DNA of 27,241 nucleotides. It comes from an uncultured Lachnospiraceae bacterium (lineage in GTDB: Bacteria; Bacillota; Clostridia; Lachnospirales; Lachnospiraceae). Under the pieces are notes generated by a model that saw nothing but the letters and a program-made list of their open reading frames with translations, ran no database searches and was not told the DNA's origin. Shown here in pieces: positions 16,457-26,385 of this stretch; within the stretch, counting starts at the first letter, position 1; each line of letters starts with the position of its first letter. The position numbers and the translations under genes were made by a program. The stretch is taken from NCBI GenBank assembly GCA_900557385.1, contig USSP01000001.1, positions 1 to 27,241 of the forward strand. The letters are read 5' to 3'.

Positions 16457-18049
16457 ATGGAACTATTAAAATTAGTAATTGTAGACGATGAACCCATTTT
16501 GTTAAAAGGGTTAATGGATACTTATGAATGGGACAAAATGGGCTTCCAGGTAGTGGGAACAGCCCAGAGCGGAGAACAGGCGCTGAAGGTGATCAGAGAC
16601 AAAAATCCGGATGTGGTTCTCACGGACATTCGTATGAAACAAATGACCGGACTCCAGATGATGGAAGAGGTGCAAAAGACCCAGAAGGACTGCATTTTTA
16701 TCGTGCTTAGCGCCTACCGGGATTTTTCCTATGCGAAACAGGCATGTAATCTGGGAGCCTTTGCCTATCTGCTGAAGCCCATTGAGGACGAACAGCTGCA
16801 GGAAACCATGGAAAGTGCCTACAAAGCCTGCATGGAAAAAAAGAAAAACACAGAGAAATACGAGAACTGGGAGAGAATTGTAAAAGAAGACTCTGTCAGT
16901 TTTCTTGAGGTTGTGGTACAGAAATACCTTCAGGAACAGATTCCCTTTGAAAAAATGCAGGAAGTCTTTGACACGGTGGGACAGATTGTGGAACCGGCAG
17001 ACCGCTTCATTACCGTGGATGCGGATATCGACATTGCCTACAAGATCACCAATGCCCTGGAATATGAGGCATCCCGCTTTGTTCTGAAGAAATTTCTGGA
17101 GGAAGAACTGGGAAGCCGCTACTTTTTCTGGCATTTTCCCAATGAGGAAGGCTCTTCCATTTTTATCGTAAAAACAAAGGATAATGCTACTGTTCGGGAA
17201 TTGAAACATCTGTTAGAGCAGGCAAAGGAAGAGCAGAAAAGCCCTATTGTGGCATCTATTTCCAAGCCATATAAAGGTCTGGTCGGAATCCGCCGAAGCT
17301 ATGAAGAGGCAGTGAAGCTTTTTGAACTTGCCAGTGTGACCGGTGGTGGCACCTTTACCATCCGAGAGGAATTGGGAGAACAGGGGGAGAAAAATTACTC
17401 CGCGGAGGAGGAACTTCAGATCTTTGGTGCACTGCGGAAAAATGACGAGGAAGCCTTGAAGGAAGCCTTTGTCCGGTTTATCTATGCCTTGCCGGATGAT
17501 GAGGATGCCCAGCGCCAGAAGATGCATGCCATCATGCTGCGTGCAGAGGTCACTATTGAGGACTCTTACGGCATGACGGTGGAATTAAAGCGTCAGTTCC
17601 AGAACTACTATTCTAATATGCAGAATCTGAATGCCTCCAAAGAAGTGGATGTGTGTTATAAGATTCTTTGCAGAGCCATTGAAATCCGCAGTGAATATGC
17701 ATCGAATCATGAGACGAAAGGGAATAAAGAATATATGGGAGATGCAGTTGCCTATATTGAGGAGCACCTGCGGGAGGAAGATCTTTCCATTGTTTCTGTG
17801 GCAACCCATGTATATTTAAACCCAGTCTATTTCGGCAGAGTTTTTAAGGAAACCTTCCACATGTCCTTTAAGAAATACCTCTTACAGTGCCGAATGGAAA
17901 AGGCAAAGAAGCTTCTGGAAGGCAATACGGAGAGCATCGGAAGCATCTGTGATCAGATCGGAATCAGCAATCCTTCCTATTTCGCCCATCTGTTTAAGGA
18001 ATATACAGGGAAGCTCCCCAGTGAATACAAGAAGGAATTTGACACATGA
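16457..18049 (+). CDS. YesN-like response regulator (REC + AraC HTH)
   Basis: IVDDE, LTDIRM and YLLKP receiver motifs; C-terminal GISNPSYFAHLFKEYTGKLPSEYK. Confidence 0.93.
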   Translation: MELLKLVIVDDEPILLKGLMDTYEWDKMGFQVVGTAQSGEQALKVIRDKNPDVVLTDIRMKQMTGLQMMEEVQKTQKDCIFIVLSAYRDFSYAKQACNLGAFAYLLKPIEDEQLQETMESAYKACMEKKKNTEKYENWERIVKEDSVSFLEVVVQKYLQEQIPFEKMQEVFDTVGQIVEPADRFITVDADIDIAYKITNALEYEASRFVLKKFLEEELGSRYFFWHFPNEEGSSIFIVKTKDNATVRELKHLLEQAKEEQKSPIVASISKPYKGLVGIRRSYEEAVKLFELASVTGGGTFTIREELGEQGEKNYSAEEELQIFGALRKNDEEALKEAFVRFIYALPDDEDAQRQKMHAIMLRAEVTIEDSYGMTVELKRQFQNYYSNMQNLNASKEVDVCYKILCRAIEIRSEYASNHETKGNKEYMGDAVAYIEEHLREEDLSIVSVATHVYLNPVYFGRVFKETFHMSFKKYLLQCRMEKAKKLLEGNTESIGSICDQIGISNPSYFAHLFKEYTGKLPSEYKKEFDT

Positions 18050-19794
18050 TTAAGAAAGGCTCAGGATTTCAACGGAAATATTTAAGATACACCATCGGAC
18101 TTTTATTGCTGGCATTGCTTTTGTCCAGTCTGGGTGTCTGGTTTTATATGCGGCAAAACATGATGCGGATTGTGACAGATCAGTATGCGTTTCTGAATGA
18201 AAAGACAGGAATTGCATTGGATAATCTTTATCAGGAATCGGATAAAGTGCTGGAGGAGTGTATCCTGGATGATACCGTACAGCAGAGTCTGAAAGCAAGA
18301 CCACTGGAGGAAGTGGATAAGAATTCCTTGAAAAAATACTTCGCTTATGTAAACCTGAACTATGTATCGGAATACTGCTATGTAGACAATAAGCAGAATC
18401 TTTACACCCGTTCCTATTCCAAAATCCCGTATTCCAGTTTTCAGGAAAGCGGGTTGCTGGACAAACTGGGGCATTCTTATGCGGATACCCAGTGGTTTGT
18501 GACGGAGGATACGCTCTTCGGAACCGGTGAGAAAGCTCTTTTTATCGGCAGAAAGGTACACAGTCTGGATTATGCCCACAGACCCGGTTACCTTTTCCTG
18601 AAAATGGGAGATGGCTTTCTGGATAGCCTGAAAGAAGACAATGACTTCTTTAACCAGACGGTAGCCATCGGTGTCATGGATCAGGATGGTGACATTTGTG
18701 CTTCCTGGTACCCCACCTCCTTTTCTGTGGGAGACGATACAGAGGAATTGCTGAGACAGTACAGCCGGGAGGAAAAAAGCGGCGTAGTGGTACGCAGCGA
18801 GAAGGTGCCGGACGGCATGCTTTCCCTGTACAAGCAGGAACAGACCGGGTTTTGCGTGTTTACCATTGTACCGAACCAGGTACTCAGCCGGGGCACGGGA
18901 CAGATTTTGTATGTGTTGCTGGGTATTTACCTGTTAGTCATTCTTTTTGCAGTAATGCTTAGTGTTTACTTTTCTAACCGGATTACGAAGCCGATCAAGG
19001 TGATCAACCAGGCGATGACAGAGTTTGACGGTAATGACTTTTCCAATGAGGTACACTTAAATACCCACACAGAACTGGACCAGATCGGAAACGCCTACAA
19101 TAAGATGCTGTCCAATATCAAAAACCTGCTGGAAGAGATCAAGGATCAGCAAAAGGAACTGCGAACCAGTGAGCTGAATATGCTCATCAGCCAGATTAAC
19201 CCTCATTTTCTTTATAATACGCTTGATTCAATTCAATGGATGTGTGAGCAGGACAACAGCAAGGACGCAGTCAAAATGGTGGGTGCGCTTGCAAAGCTTT
19301 TCAGAATAAGCATAAGCCACGGCAATGAATTTATAACAATAAGCGACGAACTCAAGCACGCCGAAAGCTATCTTATTATTCAAAGCTACAGATACAAAAA
19401 CCAATTTACCTATTCATTTGATATTGACAAAAGCGTTTTGGGCTATATGTGCAACAAAATTACAATTCAACCGTTTATTGAAAATGCAATTTATCACGGG
19501 CTTGACCGAATGGTTGACGAGGGCGAAATCAAAATTATTGTCCGTCGCCAAGGCAAGGATATTGTAATAATCGTTAAGGATAACGGACTGGGAATGACGC
19601 AGGAGCAATGCCGAACCATTCTTCAAAAGGATAGAAGCGACTCAAAAGGTATCGGTGTTAAGAATGTAAATGACCGACTGAAAATATATTTCGGAGAGGA
19701 ATACGGAATTACGATTGAAAGCGAGCTTGACGTCGGCACAACCGTAACGATTAAAATTCCGAAGATTGAGAAAGGACAAGAACATGAATATTAA
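18046..19794 (+). CDS. YesM/LytS-type sensor histidine kinase, probably chimeric at the H-box
   Basis: Two TM helices, HAMP, H-box QINPHFLYNTLD, QPFIENAIYHG, DNGLG and GIGVKNV; ATGA overlap with the regulator. Codon usage changes at ~19200. Confidence 0.9.
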   Translation: MIKKGSGFQRKYLRYTIGLLLLALLLSSLGVWFYMRQNMMRIVTDQYAFLNEKTGIALDNLYQESDKVLEECILDDTVQQSLKARPLEEVDKNSLKKYFAYVNLNYVSEYCYVDNKQNLYTRSYSKIPYSSFQESGLLDKLGHSYADTQWFVTEDTLFGTGEKALFIGRKVHSLDYAHRPGYLFLKMGDGFLDSLKEDNDFFNQTVAIGVMDQDGDICASWYPTSFSVGDDTEELLRQYSREEKSGVVVRSEKVPDGMLSLYKQEQTGFCVFTIVPNQVLSRGTGQILYVLLGIYLLVILFAVMLSVYFSNRITKPIKVINQAMTEFDGNDFSNEVHLNTHTELDQIGNAYNKMLSNIKNLLEEIKDQQKELRTSELNMLISQINPHFLYNTLDSIQWMCEQDNSKDAVKMVGALAKLFRISISHGNEFITISDELKHAESYLIIQSYRYKNQFTYSFDIDKSVLGYMCNKITIQPFIENAIYHGLDRMVDEGEIKIIVRRQGKDIVIIVKDNGLGMTQEQCRTILQKDRSDSKGIGVKNVNDRLKIYFGEEYGITIESELDVGTTVTIKIPKIEKGQEHEY

Positions 19795-20773
19795 AAAAGC
19801 GACTGCCTTGCTCACTCTTACTTTTTTTCTTATTGCAGTCCTGTTTGGCTGTGCAAAAGGCGCAGAATTTGACAACAAAAGCAACAATATTGCAATAATA
19901 ACAAAAGGCAGTGACTCAACTTTTTGGAACGATATGAAAAACGGGGCGTTGTCTGCGGCAACCGAATACAATGTAAACGTTACATTTGAAGGCCCTGAAA
20001 ACGAAGAGGATTACAACGCCCAAAACAAAATGATTGAAAACGCAGTTTCAAACAATGTAGGCGTCATAATTCTTTCAGCGATAGATTTTGAAAAAAATGC
20101 CGATGCCGTTCAAAAAGCCATTAACAGCGGAATTAAGGTAATCACGGTTGACAGCGACGTTGATGTAAACGATAAGGAGCTTTTTGTGGGTACAAACAAT
20201 ATTGAAGCCGGAAAAAAAGCGGCAAAGCAAGCAGTCGATTTGTGCAACGAGCAAAAGTCTATTAATATAGGTATAGTAAATTACGGCGCAAATACCGAAA
20301 ACGGCAAACAGCGATTAAAAGGATTTACCGATTATATAAGCAAAATAGATAATGCAAAAATTGTTGATACGGTTAATGTTGAATCAAACAAAGAAAGTGC
20401 AACCGCCGGTGCAAAAAAGCTATTGAAAAAGCACAAGCAAATCAATGTGCTGATAGGCTTCAACGAATGGTCAACCATCGGGGTGGCGTATGCAATAAAG
20501 GAATTAAATTTGAACAACAAGGTTTTCGGCATAGGCTTTGACAGCAATGTTAACTGCGTAAATATGCTTGAAAGCGGAGAGATAGATACACTGATTGTTC
20601 AAAATCCTTTTTCTATGGGTTACACTTCGGTTTCAAAAGCGTCTGAAATACTGTCGGGCAAAAAATCGCAAACAAGCACAATTGAAACCGATACCTATGT
20701 TGTAACTCGAAAAAATATGTTTTCACCTGATATTCAAAAAATACTTTTCAGCTTTAGCGAAAGCAGTAATTAA
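19784..20773 (+). CDS. RbsB/XylF-type sugar-binding lipoprotein, probably a sensory partner of the kinase
   Basis: ATG 19784 overlaps the kinase 3' end; lipobox LFGC; motifs KVITVDS, FVGTNNIEAGKKAA, GIGFDS and IVQNPFSMGY. Confidence 0.85.
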   Translation: MNIKKATALLTLTFFLIAVLFGCAKGAEFDNKSNNIAIITKGSDSTFWNDMKNGALSAATEYNVNVTFEGPENEEDYNAQNKMIENAVSNNVGVIILSAIDFEKNADAVQKAINSGIKVITVDSDVDVNDKELFVGTNNIEAGKKAAKQAVDLCNEQKSINIGIVNYGANTENGKQRLKGFTDYISKIDNAKIVDTVNVESNKESATAGAKKLLKKHKQINVLIGFNEWSTIGVAYAIKELNLNNKVFGIGFDSNVNCVNMLESGEIDTLIVQNPFSMGYTSVSKASEILSGKKSQTSTIETDTYVVTRKNMFSPDIQKILFSFSESSN

Positions 20774-20782
20774 CAAATATTC

Positions 20783-20827
20783 AAAACGGCTTTGACGGTC
20801 AATTTTGGCTTGTCAAAGCCGTTTTTT
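20783..20827 (+). terminator. Intrinsic terminator
   Basis: AAAACGGCTTTGAC...GTCAAAGCCGTTTTTT. Confidence 0.85.
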
Positions 20828-20980
20828 ATGCTTTTTGGGTAGTAATTTTAACATAATAAATCATAAATATCGTAATTTTTTATACACTTTGAATAAAAAA
20901 TCACATTCAATTTTAAATCTACCAAAGATATAATAAAGACACACAATGACTTAACGAAAAATTTTAAGGAGGTAATCTTT

Positions 20981-22090
20981 ATGAAAAAGATGAAAAAGTT
21001 ATTGGCATTATTATTAGCAGTAGTAATGGTAGTAGGTTTTGCAGCTTGTTCTTCAAAAAAGGATGGCGGCGGCACAACAAAGGCGGCTTCGTCTGCCAAA
21101 GGTGAGATATCGGTATTCTATTACACCTTCAGCGACGCATACATTTCAACCGTTCGTTCATCAATGGATAAAATCTTGAAAGACGGCGGCTACACCTATA
21201 ACGATTACGACGCAAACGGCAACCAGACAACACAGACCGAGCAGGTTCAAACAGCACTTGCAAAAGGCTCATCAATGCTTATTGTCAATGTAGTTGACAC
21301 AGGCTCAAATGACGCAGCTCAAAACATTGTCAATCTTGCAAAGGCTAAAAACGTTCCTGTAATCTTCTTTAACCGTTCTGTTGACCAGTCGGTTATTGAA
21401 AGCTATGAAAAGTGCGTATTCGTAGGAACAGACTACGAGCAGGCAGGTCACATGCAGGGTAAGATGATTGGCGAATACCTTGTAAACAACTATGACAAGC
21501 TCGACCTTAACGGCGACGGCAAAATCAGCTATGTAATGTTCAAGGGTCAAGAGGGCAATATGGAAGCAATCGCACGTACAAAGTACGGCGTTGAGGACGC
21601 TAACAAGGTTCTTGAAAAAGCAGGCAAGCCTGACCTTGAGTTCTATGATGCAGCTAACAAGAACAAATATCTTGTTGACCAGGACGGCTTATGGTCATCA
21701 GCAGCAGCTACAAACTATATGAGCACAGCTCTTGCTCAGTACACAGAAGCAAACAAAAATATGATTGAACTTGTAATTGCCAACAACGACGAAATGGCAC
21801 TCGGCGCAGTATCTGCTCTTCAAACAGCAGGCTACAACAAGGATGGCAAAAAGGTTATTCCTGTATTCGGTGTTGATGCAACAGACGCAGCTAAATCAGC
21901 TATCAAGTCAGGCTCAATGATTGGTACAATCAAGCAAGACGCACAGGGTATGGCTACAGCAATCACAACAATTATGGGCAATTACCTCAACGGTGCAAAT
22001 GCACTTGACAGTATTGACACTGCAAACGTAGTAGGCACTTGGAGAGTAAATATTCCTTATTCGGCTTACACAGCAGATTCAGAAAAATAA
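20981..22090 (+). CDS. mglB: Galactose/glucose (methyl-galactoside) ABC transporter substrate-binding lipoprotein
   Basis: Lipobox FAAC; PVIFFNR, DLNGDGKISY (Ca-binding loop as in MglB), VIANNDEMALGA, PVFGVDA and GTIKQD. Confidence 0.85.
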   Translation: MKKMKKLLALLLAVVMVVGFAACSSKKDGGGTTKAASSAKGEISVFYYTFSDAYISTVRSSMDKILKDGGYTYNDYDANGNQTTQTEQVQTALAKGSSMLIVNVVDTGSNDAAQNIVNLAKAKNVPVIFFNRSVDQSVIESYEKCVFVGTDYEQAGHMQGKMIGEYLVNNYDKLDLNGDGKISYVMFKGQEGNMEAIARTKYGVEDANKVLEKAGKPDLEFYDAANKNKYLVDQDGLWSSAAATNYMSTALAQYTEANKNMIELVIANNDEMALGAVSALQTAGYNKDGKKVIPVFGVDATDAAKSAIKSGSMIGTIKQDAQGMATAITTIMGNYLNGANALDSIDTANVVGTWRVNIPYSAYTADSEK

Positions 22091-22110
22091 TATAAATTAA
22101 CTTCACAAAA

Positions 22111-22139
22111 TACGGTTGGGGCTTTTTGCCTCAACCGTA
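22111..22139 (+). other. Intercistronic stem-loop after the binding-protein gene (mRNA stability or partial termination)
   Basis: TACGGTTGGGGC-ttttt-GCCTCAACCGTA, with one G-U pair and no downstream U tract. Confidence 0.65.
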
Positions 22140-22167
22140 CTATTCAAAGCAGATAGGAGAGATAAAT

Positions 22168-23703
22168 ATGCAAAACAATATAAATAAATCCGTTTCTGCG
22201 ACTGACAAAGATATATTGTTAAAAATGGTTGATATAGAAAAGACTTTCCCGGGTGTCAAAGCGCTTGACCATGCACAGTTGACGGTCAAAAAAGGAACAG
22301 TTCATGCACTTATGGGTGAAAACGGCGCCGGTAAATCAACACTTATGAAATGTCTTTTCGGTGTTTACAGCAAAGACAACGGTCACATTTATGTCGATGG
22401 AAAAGAGGTTAATTACAAAAACAGTAAGGAAGCCCTTGAAAACGGTGTTGCAATGGTACATCAGGAGCTCAACCAAGCGCTCAAGCGTAATGTTATGGAC
22501 AATATGTGGCTCGGCAGATTTCCAAAGGTTTCAAAATATCTTCCTTTCACAAGTGAAAAGAAAATGTATGACGAAACAATGAAGGTTTTTAAAGACCTCG
22601 AAATAAACGTTGACCCGAAAGCCGTAATGAGCACAATGTCGGTTTCGCAAAGGCAAATGGTTGAAATTGCTAAAGCTGTTTCCTACAATTCAAAAATAAT
22701 TGTTTTTGATGAGCCAACCTCCTCGCTTACCGAGGAAGAGGTTGAACATCTTTTCCGTATTATCAATATGCTTAGGGACAGAGGCTGCGGCATTGTTTAT
22801 ATTTCTCACAAAATGGAGGAAATTTTGCGCATAAGCGACGAAGTTACAATTATGCGTGACGGCAAATGGATTGCAACAAAGGCAGCAAGTGAGCTTACTA
22901 TGGACGAAATCATTAAGCTTATGGTTGGCCGTGAACTTACAAACCGTTATCCTGAAAAAGACAATAAAATCGGCGACGTTCTTCTTAATGTCGAAAATTT
23001 AAGCGGCGAATATACAAACCTTAATAATGTTTCATTTCAGGCAAGAAGAGGAGAAATCCTTGGTGTGGCAGGGCTTGACGGCTCAGGAAGAACTGAACTA
23101 CTTGAGCAAATATTTGGAATAACCACCAAAAAAAGCGGAAAAATCACACTTGACGGCAAAGAGGTTAAAAACAGAAATCCGCACGAATCAATCAAAAACG
23201 GCTTTGCCCTTTTGACTGAGGAAAGACGTGCAACAGGTATTTTCGGAATTTTGAATATCAGAGAAAATACTACAATTTCAAGCTTAAAAAAATATCAGAC
23301 CGGTCCGTTTCTTAACAAAAAGAAAATGAAGGACACGACTGACGAATATATAAAATCCCTTAGAGTTAAAACTCCTAATCAGGAAACAAAAATCAGCTCG
23401 CTTTCAGGCGGTAATCAGCAAAAGGTTATCCTTGCAAGGTGGCTTTTGACTGACCCTACCGTGCTTCTTCTTGACGAACCGACAAGAGGTATCGACGTAG
23501 GCGCAAAATACGAAATTTATCAGCTTATTCTTGACCTTGCCAAAAAAGGCAAAACAGTCATTATGGTTTCTTCCGAAATGGCAGAGCTTTTAGGCGTATG
23601 CGATAAAATTCTTGTTATGTCGGGCGGCAGGCTCTCAGGTGAGGTTGACGCAAAGACTACTAATCAGGAAGAGATTATGACACTTGCGGCAAAATATGTA
23701 TAA
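22168..23703 (+). CDS. mglA: CUT2-family sugar ABC transporter ATP-binding protein
   Basis: [24 protein letters not shown] and [21 protein letters not shown] before ATG 22168. Confidence 0.9.
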   Translation: MQNNINKSVSATDKDILLKMVDIEKTFPGVKALDHAQLTVKKGTVHALMGENGAGKSTLMKCLFGVYSKDNGHIYVDGKEVNYKNSKEALENGVAMVHQELNQALKRNVMDNMWLGRFPKVSKYLPFTSEKKMYDETMKVFKDLEINVDPKAVMSTMSVSQRQMVEIAKAVSYNSKIIVFDEPTSSLTEEEVEHLFRIINMLRDRGCGIVYISHKMEEILRISDEVTIMRDGKWIATKAASELTMDEIIKLMVGRELTNRYPEKDNKIGDVLLNVENLSGEYTNLNNVSFQARRGEILGVAGLDGSGRTELLEQIFGITTKKSGKITLDGKEVKNRNPHESIKNGFALLTEERRATGIFGILNIRENTTISSLKKYQTGPFLNKKKMKDTTDEYIKSLRVKTPNQETKISSLSGGNQQKVILARWLLTDPTVLLLDEPTRGIDVGAKYEIYQLILDLAKKGKTVIMVSSEMAELLGVCDKILVMSGGRLSGEVDAKTTNQEEIMTLAAKYV

Positions 23704-23716
23704 GGAGGATTTCATT

Positions 23717-24808
23717 ATGGCTGACACAAGTATAAAAAAGGTTAAGCGTTCACGTATCTCCCTTTGGGTTGAAAAATTCAAAGCGGCAGACAAGGACGAC
23801 AAAAAAAGATTAATTACAGATTTATTATTTAACAACGCAATGTATATCATCATTGCAATAGCGGTGATTTTTATTGCAATCAAGGTTCCGGCATTTTTGA
23901 GCGTATCGTCAATAGTTAATATTGTTTCGCTCACCGCCGCAAAGCTTCCGATTGCTTTGGGTATTGCAGGCTGTATCGTATTAACAGGTACGGATATTTC
24001 GGCAGGCCGATGTGTAGGTCTTACCGCCTGCGTTGCGGCTTCGCTTTTGCAAATGACAGGCTATGCCAACAAAATGTTCCCAAATCTTAATACAATGCCG
24101 CTTTGGATTGTATTTCTTGCAGTAATTGCAATCGGCGCAGTTGTTGGCCTTGTAAACGGATTTTTTGTTGCTAAGTTTAAGCTTCATCCGTTTATAGTTA
24201 CTCTTTCAACCCAGCTTATTGTATTTGGTACTGTTCTTATGTACCTTATGATTGGCGGCAACAACGGTCAAACTCTTTCAGGTCTTGACTCGTCTTACAC
24301 AAGCTTTATCACCGGTACGCTTTTCAATGTCGGCGGTGTTGCCATTCCTAAATATGTTCTTTATTCCGCAATTTTAACAGCAATTATGTGGGTTATTTGG
24401 AATAAAACAAAGTTTGGCAAAAATATGTTTGCCGTAGGTTCAAACGAAGAAGCAGCAAGAGTATCGGGCGTAAATGTATTTATGACAATCTTAATGGTAT
24501 TTGTGCTTGCAGGTGTTATGTACGGTATCACAGGCTTTATTGAGGGCGCTCGTATTGCTTCTTGCTCTGCAAACACAGGTCTTAACTACGAATGTGACGC
24601 TATTGCGGCTTTCGTAATCGGCGGTGTATCATTTGTAGGCGGTACAGGTAAAATCAGCGGTATCGTTATCGGCGTACTTCTTTTGCAGATTATTTTTGCC
24701 GGTCTTAACTTTCTTTCCGTATCCGCAAATATGCTTTACATTATCAAAGGTGTAATCATTCTTGTTGCTTGCGCAATTGATATGAGAAAGTATCTCGCAA
24801 GAAGATAA
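23717..24808 (+). CDS. mglC: Galactoside ABC transporter permease
   Basis: GTDISAGRCVG, LHPFIVTL, FGKNMFAVGSNEEAARVSGV and GGVSFVGG; AAGGAGG before ATG 23717. Confidence 0.87.
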   Translation: MADTSIKKVKRSRISLWVEKFKAADKDDKKRLITDLLFNNAMYIIIAIAVIFIAIKVPAFLSVSSIVNIVSLTAAKLPIALGIAGCIVLTGTDISAGRCVGLTACVAASLLQMTGYANKMFPNLNTMPLWIVFLAVIAIGAVVGLVNGFFVAKFKLHPFIVTLSTQLIVFGTVLMYLMIGGNNGQTLSGLDSSYTSFITGTLFNVGGVAIPKYVLYSAILTAIMWVIWNKTKFGKNMFAVGSNEEAARVSGVNVFMTILMVFVLAGVMYGITGFIEGARIASCSANTGLNYECDAIAAFVIGGVSFVGGTGKISGIVIGVLLLQIIFAGLNFLSVSANMLYIIKGVIILVACAIDMRKYLARR

Positions 24809-24834
24809 TAATTAACCACCGTTTTTGAAAGGCA

Positions 24835-25212
24835 GTGAAAAATATGAACGAAAACAACACAATAAATCTTAACACCGAAAGGAAACCCGGAGGACTTTAC
24901 CGAAACATAAAAATGTCTGTAAAAACGGCAGACAAGCTTATCCTTGTCGGAATTATCGTTCTTATCGCCTGTATGATTTTTGCGGTAAGTCATGCAGGAT
25001 TTACTGTCACATTCAATACAGACGGTGGCTCGCAAATAGATAATCAAAAGGTTATGTACGGTCAGCTTGTTGATGTTGAAGAAAATCCCGTTAAAGAGGG
25101 CTACACCTTTACGGGCTGGTATTTAGACAAGGATTGCACTAAGCAATTTGATATTAATAAAGACACCGTAAGCGACAGTCTGACTCTTTATTCGGGTTGG
25201 GAAAAGAAATAA
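24835..25212 (+). CDS. Small single-TM protein with one InlB B-repeat (Flg_new-like) domain
   Basis: TM LILVGIIVLIACMIFAV, then FTVTFNTDGGS...PVKEGYTFTGWY...LTLYSGW. The start may be GTG 24835 or ATG 24844. Confidence 0.8.
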   Translation: MKNMNENNTINLNTERKPGGLYRNIKMSVKTADKLILVGIIVLIACMIFAVSHAGFTVTFNTDGGSQIDNQKVMYGQLVDVEENPVKEGYTFTGWYLDKDCTKQFDINKDTVSDSLTLYSGWEKK

Positions 25213-25275
25213 AGAAAAAAGTTATATGTATTTTGCAAATGACAAATTAAGCATAACTTAATAAATATACAAAAA

Positions 25276-25318
25276 TAAGCCAATGCATGGGAATAAACGT
25301 CCTTTATGCATTGGCTTA
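25276..25318. terminator. Hairpin, probable terminator of the mgl operon
   Basis: TAAGCCAATGCAT...ATGCATTGGCTTA 13-bp stem followed by ATTTT. Confidence 0.65.
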
Positions 25319-25351
25319 ATTTTATTAAGGGAAATTTTTATTTTAAACGGC

Positions 25352-25393
25352 TTGTTTCTTGATATTGACACAATTATAATATATAATTAAAAC
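25352..25393 (+). promoter_or_regulatory. Overlapping SigA-type promoter candidates for the PfkB gene
   Basis: TTGTTT-17-TATAAT (25352/25375), TTGATA-17-TATAAT (25359/25382) and TTGACA-17-TAAAAC (25365/25388). Confidence 0.55.
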
Positions 25394-25423
25394 AAAACAG
25401 ATATATTAATTTAGGAGATAAAT

Positions 25424-26344
25424 ATGGGAGATAAAAATTTTATTGCCGGAATAGGCTGTACCAACGTTGACATTCTTTATTCGGGAATTGACAGATTGCC
25501 GAACGAGGGCGAAGAAATTTATGCAAAGCATTTTTCGCTTCAGCTCGGCGGCGGTGTTCCCGCAACGCTTATAAATCTCGGCAGGCTCGGGATTAAAACA
25601 AAAATTGCGACAGAGCTTGGAGATGATATTTTTTCAAACTATGCAAGGCAGGAATTTGAAAAATGCGGCGTGTCCCCTATTAATCTTTATAAAGGCGATG
25701 ACGATATTCCGCTTAATGTTACAAGCGCTATGATTACAAGCAGTGACAGAACATTTATGTCCTACGGTCACGGAAGCGTTGAGGCAACGCCCGATGCACT
25801 TGATGCGGCTTACAAAATGTGCACCGGCGCAAAGATAGTGATTATGCACACAGGCGGCTTTTTGCCTGTGTATAAAAAGCTTAAAAGCGAGGGCACAATG
25901 CTTGTTTTCGACTGCGGCTGGGACGATAATTTGAGCCTTGAAAACTACAAGGAGCATCTTGAGCTTGCCGATTATTACACTCCAAACCAAAAGGAAGCAC
26001 TTAAAATAACAGATACCGACACTCCGGAAAAAGCGGCTGACGTTTTATCAAATTATTTTGAAAAGGTTATTGTTAAGCTTGATAAAGACGGCTGCCTCGG
26101 AATGGAAAACGGAAAGAAATTTTATGTCAGTCAAGTTGACGATTTCAAGCACGTTGACTCAACAGGTGCAGGCGACGCATTCCTTGCTGGCTTTATTTAC
26201 GGCTTATACCACGAAAAAAGCTTTGAGGATTCAATCAAATTCGGCAATATTACAGGCGGAAAGTGCGTTACCAGCGTTGGTTGCTTAAGCTCATCTTGCA
26301 CCGAGCAGGAGCTTCTTGAAGTAAAGGAAAATTATTATAAATAA
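25424..26344 (+). CDS. PfkB-family carbohydrate kinase
   Basis: LGGGVPAT...LGRLG, PNQKEA and the DSTGAGDAFLAG signature. Confidence 0.92.
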   Translation: MGDKNFIAGIGCTNVDILYSGIDRLPNEGEEIYAKHFSLQLGGGVPATLINLGRLGIKTKIATELGDDIFSNYARQEFEKCGVSPINLYKGDDDIPLNVTSAMITSSDRTFMSYGHGSVEATPDALDAAYKMCTGAKIVIMHTGGFLPVYKKLKSEGTMLVFDCGWDDNLSLENYKEHLELADYYTPNQKEALKITDTDTPEKAADVLSNYFEKVIVKLDKDGCLGMENGKKFYVSQVDDFKHVDSTGAGDAFLAGFIYGLYHEKSFEDSIKFGNITGGKCVTSVGCLSSSCTEQELLEVKENYYK

Positions 26345-26348
26345 GCAA

Positions 26349-26382
26349 AAGCCAACTAATCAAACGTTAGATTAGTCGGCTT
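26349..26382. terminator. Bidirectional terminator between convergent genes
   Basis: AAGCCAACTAATC...GATTAGTCGGCTT flanked by A and T tracts. Confidence 0.75.
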
Positions 26383-26385
26383 ATT

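Noticed and set aside
16511..17209. 232-aa antisense ORF and the other shadow ORFs inside called genes
   Set aside because: They are nested in well-supported genes and carry no recognisable motifs.
20850..20935. Response-regulator binding repeats upstream of mglB
   Set aside because: Only short AAATCA matches in very AT-rich DNA, not distinguishable from chance.
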